NCBI GenBank assembly: GCA_964448605.1
Contig: CAYUZV010000005.1
Span: 1,465 to 65,464 of the forward strand
Length of the DNA: 64,000 bases
Reading direction: 5' to 3'
DNA from: Candidatus Woesearchaeota archaeon
Lineage (GTDB): Archaea > Nanobdellota > Nanobdellia > Pacearchaeales > GW2011-AR1
Positions 34,864 through 42,872 of this stretch are shown one piece after another (positions within the stretch are counted from its first letter, which is position 1; each line of letters begins with the position of its first letter). The notes under the pieces are model-generated. The model saw only the letters and a program-made list of their open reading frames with translations, ran no database searches and was not told where the DNA came from. The position numbers were made by a program, and so were the translations under genes.

Positions 34864-35207
34864 TTTATTTCTCCTTTTAATCCTCTTTCCATGTAATCTA
34901 TTTCTGATTTTGTTCCTATTGAGTAAATAGCTCTTGAAGAATCTGCTCTTGGGGCTTCTGATTCGTAGAATATTTCATATGCCTTTCTAAATTGTTTACC
35001 TTCTAAACATTCTCTAAATTGGGTATAGGGATTGGTTCTTCTATTTTCTCCTTTTATTGCCTCATAAACTTCTCTTCTATGGACAGGAATTTCAGAAGGG
35101 GCGTCTATTGCTAATCTTATTTTATCTCCTCTTATATCTACAACAGTTACAATTATATCGTCTCCTATGATTATACTTTCGTCTTTTTTTCTTGATAGTA
35201 CTAGCAT
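34860..35207 (-). CDS. csrA: CsrA/RsmA-family RNA-binding protein with ~55-aa C-terminal extension
   Basis: MLVLSRKKDESIIIGDDIIVTVVDIRGDKIRLAIDAPSEIPVHRREVYEAIKGENRR aligns by eye along its full length with E. coli and B. subtilis CsrA. There is an ATGA overlap with rrp4 and a 1-nt gap after SBDS. Confidence 0.8.
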   Translation of the reverse strand: MLVLSRKKDESIIIGDDIIVTVVDIRGDKIRLAIDAPSEIPVHRREVYEAIKGENRRTNPYTQFRECLEGKQFRKAYEIFYESEAPRADSSRAIYSIGTKSEIDYMERGLKGEIK

Positions 35208-35208
35208 T

Positions 35209-35886
35209 TTATTCTTTCATCTCCTCAGTTATTGCTGAACCATGTGTTATTGAGTTTAATTTATCGTAAAATTCCATTTGAATGCCAATAGGTATATTTA
35301 AGGTTACCTCTAAGTCGCCGTTTGGAAGCCAGTCTTCTTTTTCTTTGTGTTCCTGGACTAATCCATAAACTCTTCCAGTATGCATTGCAGGTATTTTTAT
35401 TTTTATTTTTTTAGTTTCAATTTTTATAGGAATTATTCTTTTTAATGATTCTAAGATTTCATTTATTTGTTTTTCTATTGGGATGTTTTTTATACTTGCT
35501 CCTGCCTGCTTTATTGTGTTCTCTAAAATGTCTGGTGTGTAGGGTCTGCTTGTTCTTGGATCAACTGCATTTCTAGTCAGGAAATCTATTACTTGTTTTC
35601 TTTTTTGTTCTGTTTCTTCGTCTCTGAATTCTTGTGTGACTTCCAAATCTCCTTTTTGAATTATTTTTTTAACTATCTCCTGAAAATCAGTTGTGTTAAA
35701 TGCATTTTCAAGTTCTGCATTTCCTGCATGCATTCCTTTTTTTTGGTCTGTGTAAATTGCAGTATCTCTTATTATTTCACTCATATCCATATCTTCTCCT
35801 TTTTTGAGTTTCATTGCATTTTCTAAATCTACCATTGTTTCAAAAATTGATTTTCCTGCTCTTAGTCTTGCGATTGTGTCTGTCAT
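35209..35886 (-). CDS. sdo1: SBDS (Sdo1) ribosome maturation protein
   Basis: ARLRAGKSIFETMVDLENAMKLKKGED..EI......IYTD.KKG..A is the FYSH domain. Three-domain length. Confidence 0.8.
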   Translation of the reverse strand: MTDTIARLRAGKSIFETMVDLENAMKLKKGEDMDMSEIIRDTAIYTDQKKGMHAGNAELENAFNTTDFQEIVKKIIQKGDLEVTQEFRDEETEQKRKQVIDFLTRNAVDPRTSRPYTPDILENTIKQAGASIKNIPIEKQINEILESLKRIIPIKIETKKIKIKIPAMHTGRVYGLVQEHKEKEDWLPNGDLEVTLNIPIGIQMEFYDKLNSITHGSAITEEMKE

Positions 35887-36605
35887 TATCCAAACTCCTT
35901 TACTTCTTCAAGTGTTAGTTTTTTTAATTTTCCTTCTGTTTTTTTAATGTATGATATATTAAATCGGTTTATGTCGAAGTTTTCTTTTTGAAGTTCTTTG
36001 AAAATTTTTAGTGAGAGTTTTATTGCTTCATTGATTGTCATTTCTTTTTTGTATTCTTTTCTTAATTCTTCTTTGATTTTGTCGTCGTTTTCTCCGATTG
36101 CAACTGCATTGTATTCAAAGTAATTTCCAGTTATGTCACTTGTGAATAATTTGCTTTTTCCATTGTTTGTTCCTGCTATTATTAATGCTGCTCCAAAAGG
36201 TCTTACTCCTGGATGTTGAGTGTATTGTTGTTTTATATCTGAAATTTCTTTTATAATTGATTCTATGTCTATTGGAGTGTCGTAAGTTACTCTGTGTTGT
36301 TGGGCTGTTACTCTGATATGATTTACTAAGATTCTTGCATCACTTAGAATTCCTGCTGCTGTTGTGATTATGTGTTCATCTATTTCGTAGATTTTTTCTG
36401 CTGAATCTGAAACAATTAAAGAATCTTTTTTTCCTTTGTCTGAAATTATTACAACACCTTCTGAACAGTTTATACCTATGCTTGCTGTTCCTAAACGAAC
36501 TGTTTTTTCTGCATATTCAACTTGTAAAAGATGTCCATCTGGTGAGAACATTGTTGCACTTCTGTCATAGCCCATAACCTGATGCTGCATTTCTGGAATT
36601 TCCAT
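35886..36605 (-). CDS. psmA: Proteasome alpha subunit
   Basis: YDRSATMFSPDGHLLQVEYA...V..G....GI is the alpha-subunit N-terminal signature. SD GGAGGA lies upstream. Confidence 0.9.
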   Translation of the reverse strand: MEIPEMQHQVMGYDRSATMFSPDGHLLQVEYAEKTVRLGTASIGINCSEGVVIISDKGKKDSLIVSDSAEKIYEIDEHIITTAAGILSDARILVNHIRVTAQQHRVTYDTPIDIESIIKEISDIKQQYTQHPGVRPFGAALIIAGTNNGKSKLFTSDITGNYFEYNAVAIGENDDKIKEELRKEYKKEMTINEAIKLSLKIFKELQKENFDINRFNISYIKKTEGKLKKLTLEEVKEFG

Positions 36606-36761
36606 TTAGAGAATTCCTCCTGGTTTTTGTTTGTTTTTTGTGAAAGTTTGGTTTTTATCCATTTCTAATTTTCATTGTCTGTTTCCAAAGAAATAATCAA
36701 AGAATTCTCTTTGGATTAAGACTTGTTTTTCTCCTTTCAAAAAAATTAAGGTGTTGGGGGT

Positions 36762-36778
36762 TTTTAAGGTTTTTGGTG
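36762..36778 (-). promoter_or_regulatory. BRE/TATA-like motif CACCAAAAACCTTAAAA upstream of the psmA-exosome operon
   Basis: The same 17-mer occurs in TA cassettes B (28576-28592) and C (29681-29697); copy D matches 16 of 17. Here it lies about 157 nt upstream of the psmA ATG. Confidence 0.45.
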
Positions 36779-36820
36779 TGGAATGTTTTAACTAAATAGT
36801 AACAAAAGATTTAAATAGTC

Positions 36821-37090
36821 TTGATTATCCTGGGAAATATGGTAGAAAATAATCGAAAAGATATTAATGTTCTTGCATTAGTCAAGGGAGAAGAAAGATA
36901 TGTCTTTCTTTATGATGATGAAAATCGTGTTGAAACAATGAGAGTTTTAGGAAGATATGCTTCTAATCCTGAACTTAGTTTTACTTGGTATGATGCTGCT
37001 GTTTTAAGCCAAAAGATTAGACAGGAAGGTGTAGAAAAGAGAAAGGGAAGAGAATTGGATTTAAGTAATAGATTTGGGATTTATCCTTAG
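36821..37090 (+). CDS. Hypothetical protein
   Basis: The likely start is ATG 36839, about 27 nt after TATA-like ATTTAAATA (36809-36817), so the mRNA would be leaderless. No motif recognised. Confidence 0.45.
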   Translation: MIILGNMVENNRKDINVLALVKGEERYVFLYDDENRVETMRVLGRYASNPELSFTWYDAAVLSQKIRQEGVEKRKGRELDLSNRFGIYP

Positions 37091-37131
37091 ACAAGAAAGA
37101 TTTAAAAATACAAGAATATGAGTTTTATCAT

Positions 37132-37203
37132 GCCTCGGTAGTTTAGTGGTTAGAATATGGCCCTGTCACGGCCAAGGCCCGAGTTCGATTCTCGGTCGGG
37201 GCG
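37132..37203 (+). tRNA. tRNA-Asp (GUC)
   Basis: Acceptor GCCTCGG/TCGGGGC, anticodon arm TGGCC-CTGTCAC-GGCCA and T arm CCGAG-TTCGATT-CTCGG. Confidence 0.9.
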
Positions 37204-37311
37204 TAGTACCATTTTGGCACATTGGTGGGACTCATTTTTGTATGGATATTGAGAAGAGTGAGAATTGAGGTGGCTGAGATGAGGATTAAACAAAAAATTT
37301 AAGTTTAATTG

Positions 37312-37351
37312 CTTACCCTTTACATTCAAATAATATTTTGTAAAGGGTAAG
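37312..37351. promoter_or_regulatory. Perfect 12-bp inverted repeat abutting the fic promoter
   Basis: CTTACCCTTTAC, a 16-nt spacer, then GTAAAGGGTAAG. The TATA-like ATTTAAATA (37352-37360) follows directly. Confidence 0.4.
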
Positions 37352-37363
37352 ATTTAAATAGTC

Positions 37364-38380
37364 TTGTTTTTTGCAATTTCTATGGTATATATTTACAAAA
37401 AGAAAATCGGAAATAGGAATTATTATTACCTTAGGGCGTCTGAAAGAAAAAATGGAAAAGTGATGGTAAAAGATTTGTCATATTTAGGTAGCACTCTCGA
37501 AGAAGTAAGAAAAGCAATTGAAAATCTTCCAAAATATAAGAATGAGATAAGAAAAACTTACAAAACAATTCATAATTTTCTTGAGTCAAATAGATATTTA
37601 GAAAAAATAAGTAAGATGAAATTAAAACAAGATGATTTTCTAAAAGAAAAATTATTGAAAATTGAAGCTTGTAAAATGCATTATGAAAATGAATTTAATA
37701 AACAAGATTTTTTGACGAAAAAAGAAATATGGAAAAATTTCATAATTGAATATGCTTTTAATACTACATCTATAGAGGGAAATACCATAAATCTTGCTGA
37801 AGCAAAAGAATTGTTGGAAAATGAAAAAACTCCTAAAAATAAAACCTTGAGAGAGATTTATGATTTGCAAAATACAGAGAAGGTATTTAATGAATTAATA
37901 GAGGAGAGAGGGAAAATGACAAACGATTTTATTATAAGTATTCATAAAAAATTAATGGATAATATTGATAAGAGGGTTGGTTACAGAACCCAAGAGGTTA
38001 GAGTAATTAGGGCAAACTTTAAAGCAACTCCTGCACCTTATGTTAAAACAGATATGGATTTATTATTAAAATGGTATGAAGATAATAAAAAAAATCTTCA
38101 TCCTTTAGTTTTAGGAATTGTATTTCATCATAAATTTGAAAAAATACATCCATTTATGGATGGAAATGGTAGAACTGGAAGAATTTTGTTAAATCACATT
38201 TTGATAAAAAATAACTATCCGCCCTTGATTATAAAAAATAAAAATAGGAATAAATATCTGAGTAATATGAGAAAAGCAGACAAATCTGAAATTAGTAAAT
38301 TTAATATTGAAGATTATCAGGATTTAATTGATTTTGTTTCTAATGAAATGTTGGAGGGTTATTGGAATATATTTCTTTGA
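37364..38380 (+). CDS. fic: Fic-domain protein (AMPylase family)
   Basis: Canonical Fic motif HPFMDGNGRTGR within IVFHHKFEKIHPFMDGNGRTGRILLNHIL. The likely start is ATG 37382. Confidence 0.85.
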   Translation: MFFAISMVYIYKKKIGNRNYYYLRASERKNGKVMVKDLSYLGSTLEEVRKAIENLPKYKNEIRKTYKTIHNFLESNRYLEKISKMKLKQDDFLKEKLLKIEACKMHYENEFNKQDFLTKKEIWKNFIIEYAFNTTSIEGNTINLAEAKELLENEKTPKNKTLREIYDLQNTEKVFNELIEERGKMTNDFIISIHKKLMDNIDKRVGYRTQEVRVIRANFKATPAPYVKTDMDLLLKWYEDNKKNLHPLVLGIVFHHKFEKIHPFMDGNGRTGRILLNHILIKNNYPPLIIKNKNRNKYLSNMRKADKSEISKFNIEDYQDLIDFVSNEMLEGYWNIFL

Positions 38381-38683
38381 TTTATTAATTTAATTTCGAC
38401 AAGATTTATAAATTAAACTGCTCTAATCAATTTAATATAAATATAAACGGATAATTATTTCACCCACTTATATTGGCAAAATGCAGAGGTGTTCGGTCAG
38501 GTATGTTATCTTTTATGATTTTAATGAGTGGAATAATTTAAAATTGGGATTATTTATTCAAAAATACCTAAGATAAATTAAATTTGATTTATGTTTTGGA
38601 TTTATATCATAAGAAGAAACAATAAAGTTTTATGAAGGAATTTTTGTATGTGTTAAATGAATAATATTTGCCTTATTTCAAAA

Positions 38684-38754
38684 TGGGGACAGGGGGAATT
38701 CAACCCCCATTCCCGGCTCTGGAGGCCGGTGTATTAGCATTATACGATATCCCC
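38684..38754 (-). tRNA. tRNA-Trp (CCA)
   Basis: Acceptor GGGGATA/TGTCCCC, anticodon arm CCGGC-CTCCAGA-GCCGG and T arm GGGGG-TTGAATT-CCCCC. Confidence 0.85.
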
Positions 38755-38833
38755 AGTGTTATATTGGGAATTTTAACCTTTTAAAAGGTTTTGATTTTCG
38801 TTAGATATATAAATCTCTGTTTATTTTTAATTT

Positions 38834-39253
38834 ATGGAAATAATTTTAGATACAAATTTTATTGTATATTGTGCAAAAGAGAAACTTGATTATGTTGAAG
38901 AGATTGAGAAATTGTTTAATGAAAATTATGAAATAGTTGTTCCTAAACAGGTTATTGAGGAGCTTGAAAAAATTAAAGAGAAAAAGAAAGAGAGAATTCC
39001 TTTGTTTAAGAGAACTTCTCGTTATAGAAAAACGACTGGTCGTGATAAGAGGGCTGCTGATTTGGGTTTGCAGATTTTGGAGAAAAGTAGGATAAAAAAG
39101 ATTAATATTAAAGGTGAGAGTGTTGATGATGCGATTGTTAATTTAGGTAAAAAGGGAAATAATATTGTTGCTACACTTGATAAAGAGATGAGAGGTAGAT
39201 TAGATAGAGTGATTTTATTAAATAAAAATAAGAAGTTGATTTTGAGTAATTAA
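38834..39253 (+). CDS. PIN-domain ribonuclease, Fcf1/Utp24-like
   Basis: ILDTNFIVY (Asp 1), VVPKQVIEELE and IVATLDKEMR fit the Fcf1-type PIN pattern. Confidence 0.65.
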   Translation: MEIILDTNFIVYCAKEKLDYVEEIEKLFNENYEIVVPKQVIEELEKIKEKKKERIPLFKRTSRYRKTTGRDKRAADLGLQILEKSRIKKINIKGESVDDAIVNLGKKGNNIVATLDKEMRGRLDRVILLNKNKKLILSN

Positions 39254-40146
39254 TCGGGGAAAGATTGTTTGTAGTCAGGATAGGTTTGACATATTTTTCT
39301 GGTTAATTTTTCTATTGCTCTCTTATGTATCTGCATTATTCTTGGAGGAGATAAATTATATTCAACTCCGATTTCTCTGAAATTTAATTGAGGTGTGCCT
39401 TCTAAACCATATCTTTTTTTGATTATCTCTTTTTCCCTTGGGTTTAAAACTCCATTATTTACTAAATCCATTATTTCTATGCTTTTTTGAACCAGTTTTT
39501 CTAAGGGATTTTTTTCTTTTGAAGTTAATTGAAATGGAAAATTTTCATCATCAGGGTGAATCTTTACTTTTTTCTGCTGTATCAATCTCAACCATTTTAA
39601 ATGTTCTAATTTCACTCTTGGTCTTTTATTACTTTTTATGCCTTTTTTTTGCAAATAATCAAGCACTTCTTCAGGAGTGGGATTTCTTTGAGATTCTGAT
39701 TTTAAAATATCTTCTGCTTCTCTGATTTCAGGGATTTTACTTGCTATACCTCCTGGAATTTTTCCGAATTTTCGAGTTTTAAATGTCAGATATTTTACAA
39801 ATTCTGTTTCTAAAATTTTATGATAATAAGTTGCAAATTCACTTGTTGCATCATAATCTTTTGCAGTTATGCATCCTGCAAGATTGCATAATGACCTCAT
39901 TTCTTCAAGGTTGTCTTCAAAATCTTCTTTAGAAAGAAAGTTAGATTTTCTTGCTAATCTTCTTGCACTGCTTTCAAAAAGAGGAATATTGATTTCTATC
40001 AGCTCTTGTCTTGCATCATCATATAGTTGTTTGTATCTTCTTTCTAATTTAGGATTGTGTTTATTTAAAACATAAAAATTGATTATTCTTCCGAGATATT
40101 TGTTTCTATTTTTTATTTTTATTACTTCTTCGGATTTTAGTGACAT
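39250..40146 (-). CDS. Sigma-70-family-like protein (regions 2, 3 and 4 recognisable, divergent)
   Basis: LIEINIPLFESSARRL (r2.1-like), FATYYHKILETEFVKYL (r2.3/2.4-like), KIPGGIASKIPEIREAEDILKSESQRNPTPEEVLDYL (r3.0-like) and LNPREKEIIKKRYGLEGTPQLNFREIGVEYNLSPPRIMQIHKRAIEKLTR (r4.2 HTH). Confidence 0.7.
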   Translation of the reverse strand: MSLKSEEVIKIKNRNKYLGRIINFYVLNKHNPKLERRYKQLYDDARQELIEINIPLFESSARRLARKSNFLSKEDFEDNLEEMRSLCNLAGCITAKDYDATSEFATYYHKILETEFVKYLTFKTRKFGKIPGGIASKIPEIREAEDILKSESQRNPTPEEVLDYLQKKGIKSNKRPRVKLEHLKWLRLIQQKKVKIHPDDENFPFQLTSKEKNPLEKLVQKSIEIMDLVNNGVLNPREKEIIKKRYGLEGTPQLNFREIGVEYNLSPPRIMQIHKRAIEKLTRKICQTYPDYKQSFPD

Positions 40147-40166
40147 TTAATACAGAAATCATAAGC

Positions 40167-40174
40167 TTTATAAA
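40167..40174. promoter_or_regulatory. Single palindromic TATA box (TTTATAAA) shared by divergent sigma-like gene and rpoE
   Basis: The intergenic region is 52 bp. The TATA lies 20 nt from the sigma-like ATG (40146) and 24 nt from the rpoE ATG (40199), so both mRNAs would be leaderless or nearly so. Confidence 0.5.
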
Positions 40175-40198
40175 TGCTTCTTTTTATGTAACTTTAAT

Positions 40199-40774
40199 AT
40201 GTTCTATATTGTAGAGGTTCAGGATTATGTAAGGGTAGAACCCCGATTATTCGGGCTTAAAACTAGCGATGCTGTTGCTCGGCAGTTGCAGGAGATTTAT
40301 GCAAGTTATCATGATAAGGAGATTGGAGAGGTTATTGGAATAATTTCTATTTTAGAAGTGGGTGATGGAATTATTATTCCTGGAGATGGTTCTGTTTATT
40401 ATAATTCAAAGTTTAAATTACTTGCATGGAAACCTGAATTGCAGGAATTAGTTCATTGTATTGTTGATGAGATAACTGACTTTGGTGCATTTATGAATTT
40501 AGGAGTTATGAAAGGTATGATTCACATTTCGCAGACAATGGATGATTATGTTAGTTTTTCAAGTTCAAATGCTCTTTTGGGAAAAGATTCAAAAAAAGTT
40601 TTGAAAAAGAAAGATGCTTGTTTAGCAAGAATTGTTGCTTTATCATATAAAGGAGATAATCCTAAGATTGGTTTGACAATGAGACAACCTGGTTTGGGTA
40701 AATTGGAATGGATTGAAGAAGAAAAGAAAAAAGCAAAATCAATGGTTAAAAAAGTTGAGAAGGGGGAGAAATAA
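40199..40774 (+). CDS. rpoE: RNA polymerase subunit Rpo7 (RpoE)
   Basis: MFYIVEVQDYVRVEPRLFG.., an S1 domain ..VDEITDFGAFMNLG...GMIHISQ. Confidence 0.85.
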   Translation: MFYIVEVQDYVRVEPRLFGLKTSDAVARQLQEIYASYHDKEIGEVIGIISILEVGDGIIIPGDGSVYYNSKFKLLAWKPELQELVHCIVDEITDFGAFMNLGVMKGMIHISQTMDDYVSFSSSNALLGKDSKKVLKKKDACLARIVALSYKGDNPKIGLTMRQPGLGKLEWIEEEKKKAKSMVKKVEKGEK

Positions 40775-40960
40775 ATGGCAAAAGAAAAAGCTTGTAAAAA
40801 TTGCAGATTAATTTATGAAGGTAGTGAATGTCCTCATTGTCAGAATAAAAATATTTCTGATAGTTTTAAGGGGAAAATTGAGATTATTGATTCTGAAAAG
40901 TCAGAGATTGGAAAAGAATTGAAAGTAAATAAAAACGGGCTTTATGCGATAAAGTTATGA
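40775..40960 (+). CDS. spt4: Transcription elongation factor Spt4 (RpoE'')
   Basis: Zn ribbon KACKNCRLIYEGSECPHC. The ATG directly follows the rpoE stop. Confidence 0.85.
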   Translation: MAKEKACKNCRLIYEGSECPHCQNKNISDSFKGKIEIIDSEKSEIGKELKVNKNGLYAIKL

Positions 40961-40967
40961 TTCTAAG

Positions 40968-41366
40968 ATGGAAGTTAAAAAAGAATCTATAAATGAACTT
41001 TTTAAGAGAAAGGAGATGCTTGTTGATTTAGAGAATGAGAAGAATCCGAGTTTTGATGAGGTTAGGAAAATGGTTGCTGAAAAGGAAAAGATTGGTGAAG
41101 AGTGTGTTGATGTGAAGAATGTTATGGGCGGTTTTGGTAAGAGTAATTTTATTTCAGAAGTTTATGTTTATGATTCAGGGAAAGATTTAGAAAATATGAA
41201 AAAATTAGAAATGACAAAGAAGCAGAGGAAAGAGGGGGCTAAGGTTGAAGAGGGGGCAGGAGGTTCTGGGAGTGAGGGTAGTGAAGAGACTAAAACTGAA
41301 GAATCATCTAAGGAAGAAGAGAAATCTGCTGAGGAAAATAAAGAAGAAGTTAAAGAAGGAGAATAA
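40968..41366 (+). CDS. rps24e: Ribosomal protein S24e with acidic C-terminal tail
   Basis: NELFKRKEM.V.LE....PS..EVRK.VAEK.......V.V.....GFGK......V.VYDS. Confidence 0.75.
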   Translation: MEVKKESINELFKRKEMLVDLENEKNPSFDEVRKMVAEKEKIGEECVDVKNVMGGFGKSNFISEVYVYDSGKDLENMKKLEMTKKQRKEGAKVEEGAGGSGSEGSEETKTEESSKEEEKSAEENKEEVKEGE

Positions 41367-41367
41367 A

Positions 41368-41619
41368 ATGACTTGGAGTGAAAAGGAAGTATTAGCATAT
41401 GAACCAGTGAATAATCATTTGTTAGATGGTGTTTATTCTGATTCTGGAATTCCGCCTACTAATCCTGAAGAGAGGACTAGGTATTTAGCTGAAGAAGTTT
41501 TGGAGTTGGGTAGGACTGATTATGATTTAATTATGAGGACTGCAAAAGAAGAAGGCAGACATGTTGCCTTAAATTTGTTAGAAGAAATGGCTATTACTCG
41601 TTTTCATTCAATTTGTTAA
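41368..41619 (+). CDS. Hypothetical protein (83 aa)
   Basis: ATG 41368 lies 2 nt after the S24e stop. The upstream part of track ORF 41245-41619 overlaps S24e in another frame and is low complexity, so it is rejected. Confidence 0.45.
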   Translation: MTWSEKEVLAYEPVNNHLLDGVYSDSGIPPTNPEERTRYLAEEVLELGRTDYDLIMRTAKEEGRHVALNLLEEMAITRFHSIC

Positions 41620-42790
41620 TAATTTTGTTACGATTTTCAAAAACTTTTTTTCCTTGTTCTATGATTGATTCTTCGCATTTTAAACTATCGATTTCCCAAG
41701 TGTCGTTCATAAAAGTATAGACTCGTGCAAAATAAAGGCATTTCATTGCTTCTACAATTTCTTCCTGATTATTAGTTTTTGAAAATTTTTCAATTATTTG
41801 ATAGAGAATCTCCACCCAATCTTCTGTTGTTATTTTTGGATTGTTATTATTGAAATCTTGTTCTATTTTTTGATAAGTTTCCTGGTTTAAAGTGTTTTGC
41901 AGAATTGTTTTTGATTCTTGAAAACTTTTTTTTGAATTTTCTAAAATTTTTTCTTTGTCTACTTCTAATTCTTGGGAATGTTCTAAATTTTTTATTCCTA
42001 ATATTTCTGATTGCTGAATTGAATTTATATTTTTCCATTTATGAAAATTTTCTGTAACTGTTGTCAGTGCTGTGTTTACAACTTGTGTAAACATTGGACC
42101 TAGTTTTGGTGCACTTGGTTTGTGAATTTTTGCACCTAAACCAACTTGTCCAATTTTAAAGTTACCTAAAATTGCCTGCATTGTCATGAAAATATCTATG
42201 CCATATTGATAAGTTGTTTTATTCCAGGGTTTTGTCAGAATGTAATTTAATAATTTTGAAGAGAGTGCAAAATCTCCTCCAATAGGTTGTCTTATATTTT
42301 TTCCAAATATTCCATAAATAAGGGGATAACAGATATTGTTCGTTATTGTTCCGTCGTATTTATGTCTTGAATAAAGAGGGGTCAGGTAGTCGTAGTTTTC
42401 GTAGAGTATTGGAGAGAGCATATATTTTATCCATTCAGGAGTTATAGAAATTAAATCTGCATCAATGCAGACAATTGCTTTAACTCCTAATTGATTGCAT
42501 TTTTTAAATGCATTAAGAAAATTCCATCCTTTTCCAGGAGTGTTTTCAGGAGTTGTTATATAAATTTTTGGAATCTCTGTTTCAGTGTTTAAAAAAACTT
42601 TTTCAGTGTTATCTGGTGAATGATTATCTGCATTTATTATTACACTTTTTTTATTTGGAAAATATTTTTTTAAACCTTGTGAAGCCATTTTTGTTGGATG
42701 TGAAATTGAATCTGCTTCATTATAAGAAGGTATGACAACTGCTATTTCAGCTTCTCTGATATTTTCAGGATTTATCTCTTTTTCAAACAT
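41594..42790 (-). CDS. GT-A fold glycosyltransferase (family 2 / glucosyl-3-phosphoglycerate-synthase-like)
   Basis: IAVVIPSYNEADSI, a DxD-like CIDADL and a long helical C-terminal domain. Confidence 0.6.
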   Translation of the reverse strand: MFEKEINPENIREAEIAVVIPSYNEADSISHPTKMASQGLKKYFPNKKSVIINADNHSPDNTEKVFLNTETEIPKIYITTPENTPGKGWNFLNAFKKCNQLGVKAIVCIDADLISITPEWIKYMLSPILYENYDYLTPLYSRHKYDGTITNNICYPLIYGIFGKNIRQPIGGDFALSSKLLNYILTKPWNKTTYQYGIDIFMTMQAILGNFKIGQVGLGAKIHKPSAPKLGPMFTQVVNTALTTVTENFHKWKNINSIQQSEILGIKNLEHSQELEVDKEKILENSKKSFQESKTILQNTLNQETYQKIEQDFNNNNPKITTEDWVEILYQIIEKFSKTNNQEEIVEAMKCLYFARVYTFMNDTWEIDSLKCEESIIEQGKKVFENRNKIINKLNENE

Positions 42791-42872
42791 TTATGAAAGA
42801 TAATTTTTGAGTTTATAATTATTTATGTTTTATTTTAAATAAATTTATAAAGTTTGAATTCTATGATATATT

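Noticed and set aside
41245-41367. Upstream extension of ORF 41245-41619 (MKRGQEVLGVRVVKRLKLKNHLRKKRN...).
   Set aside because: It overlaps the acidic tail of S24e in another frame and is a low-complexity mirror of it. ATG 41368, right after the S24e stop, is the sensible start.
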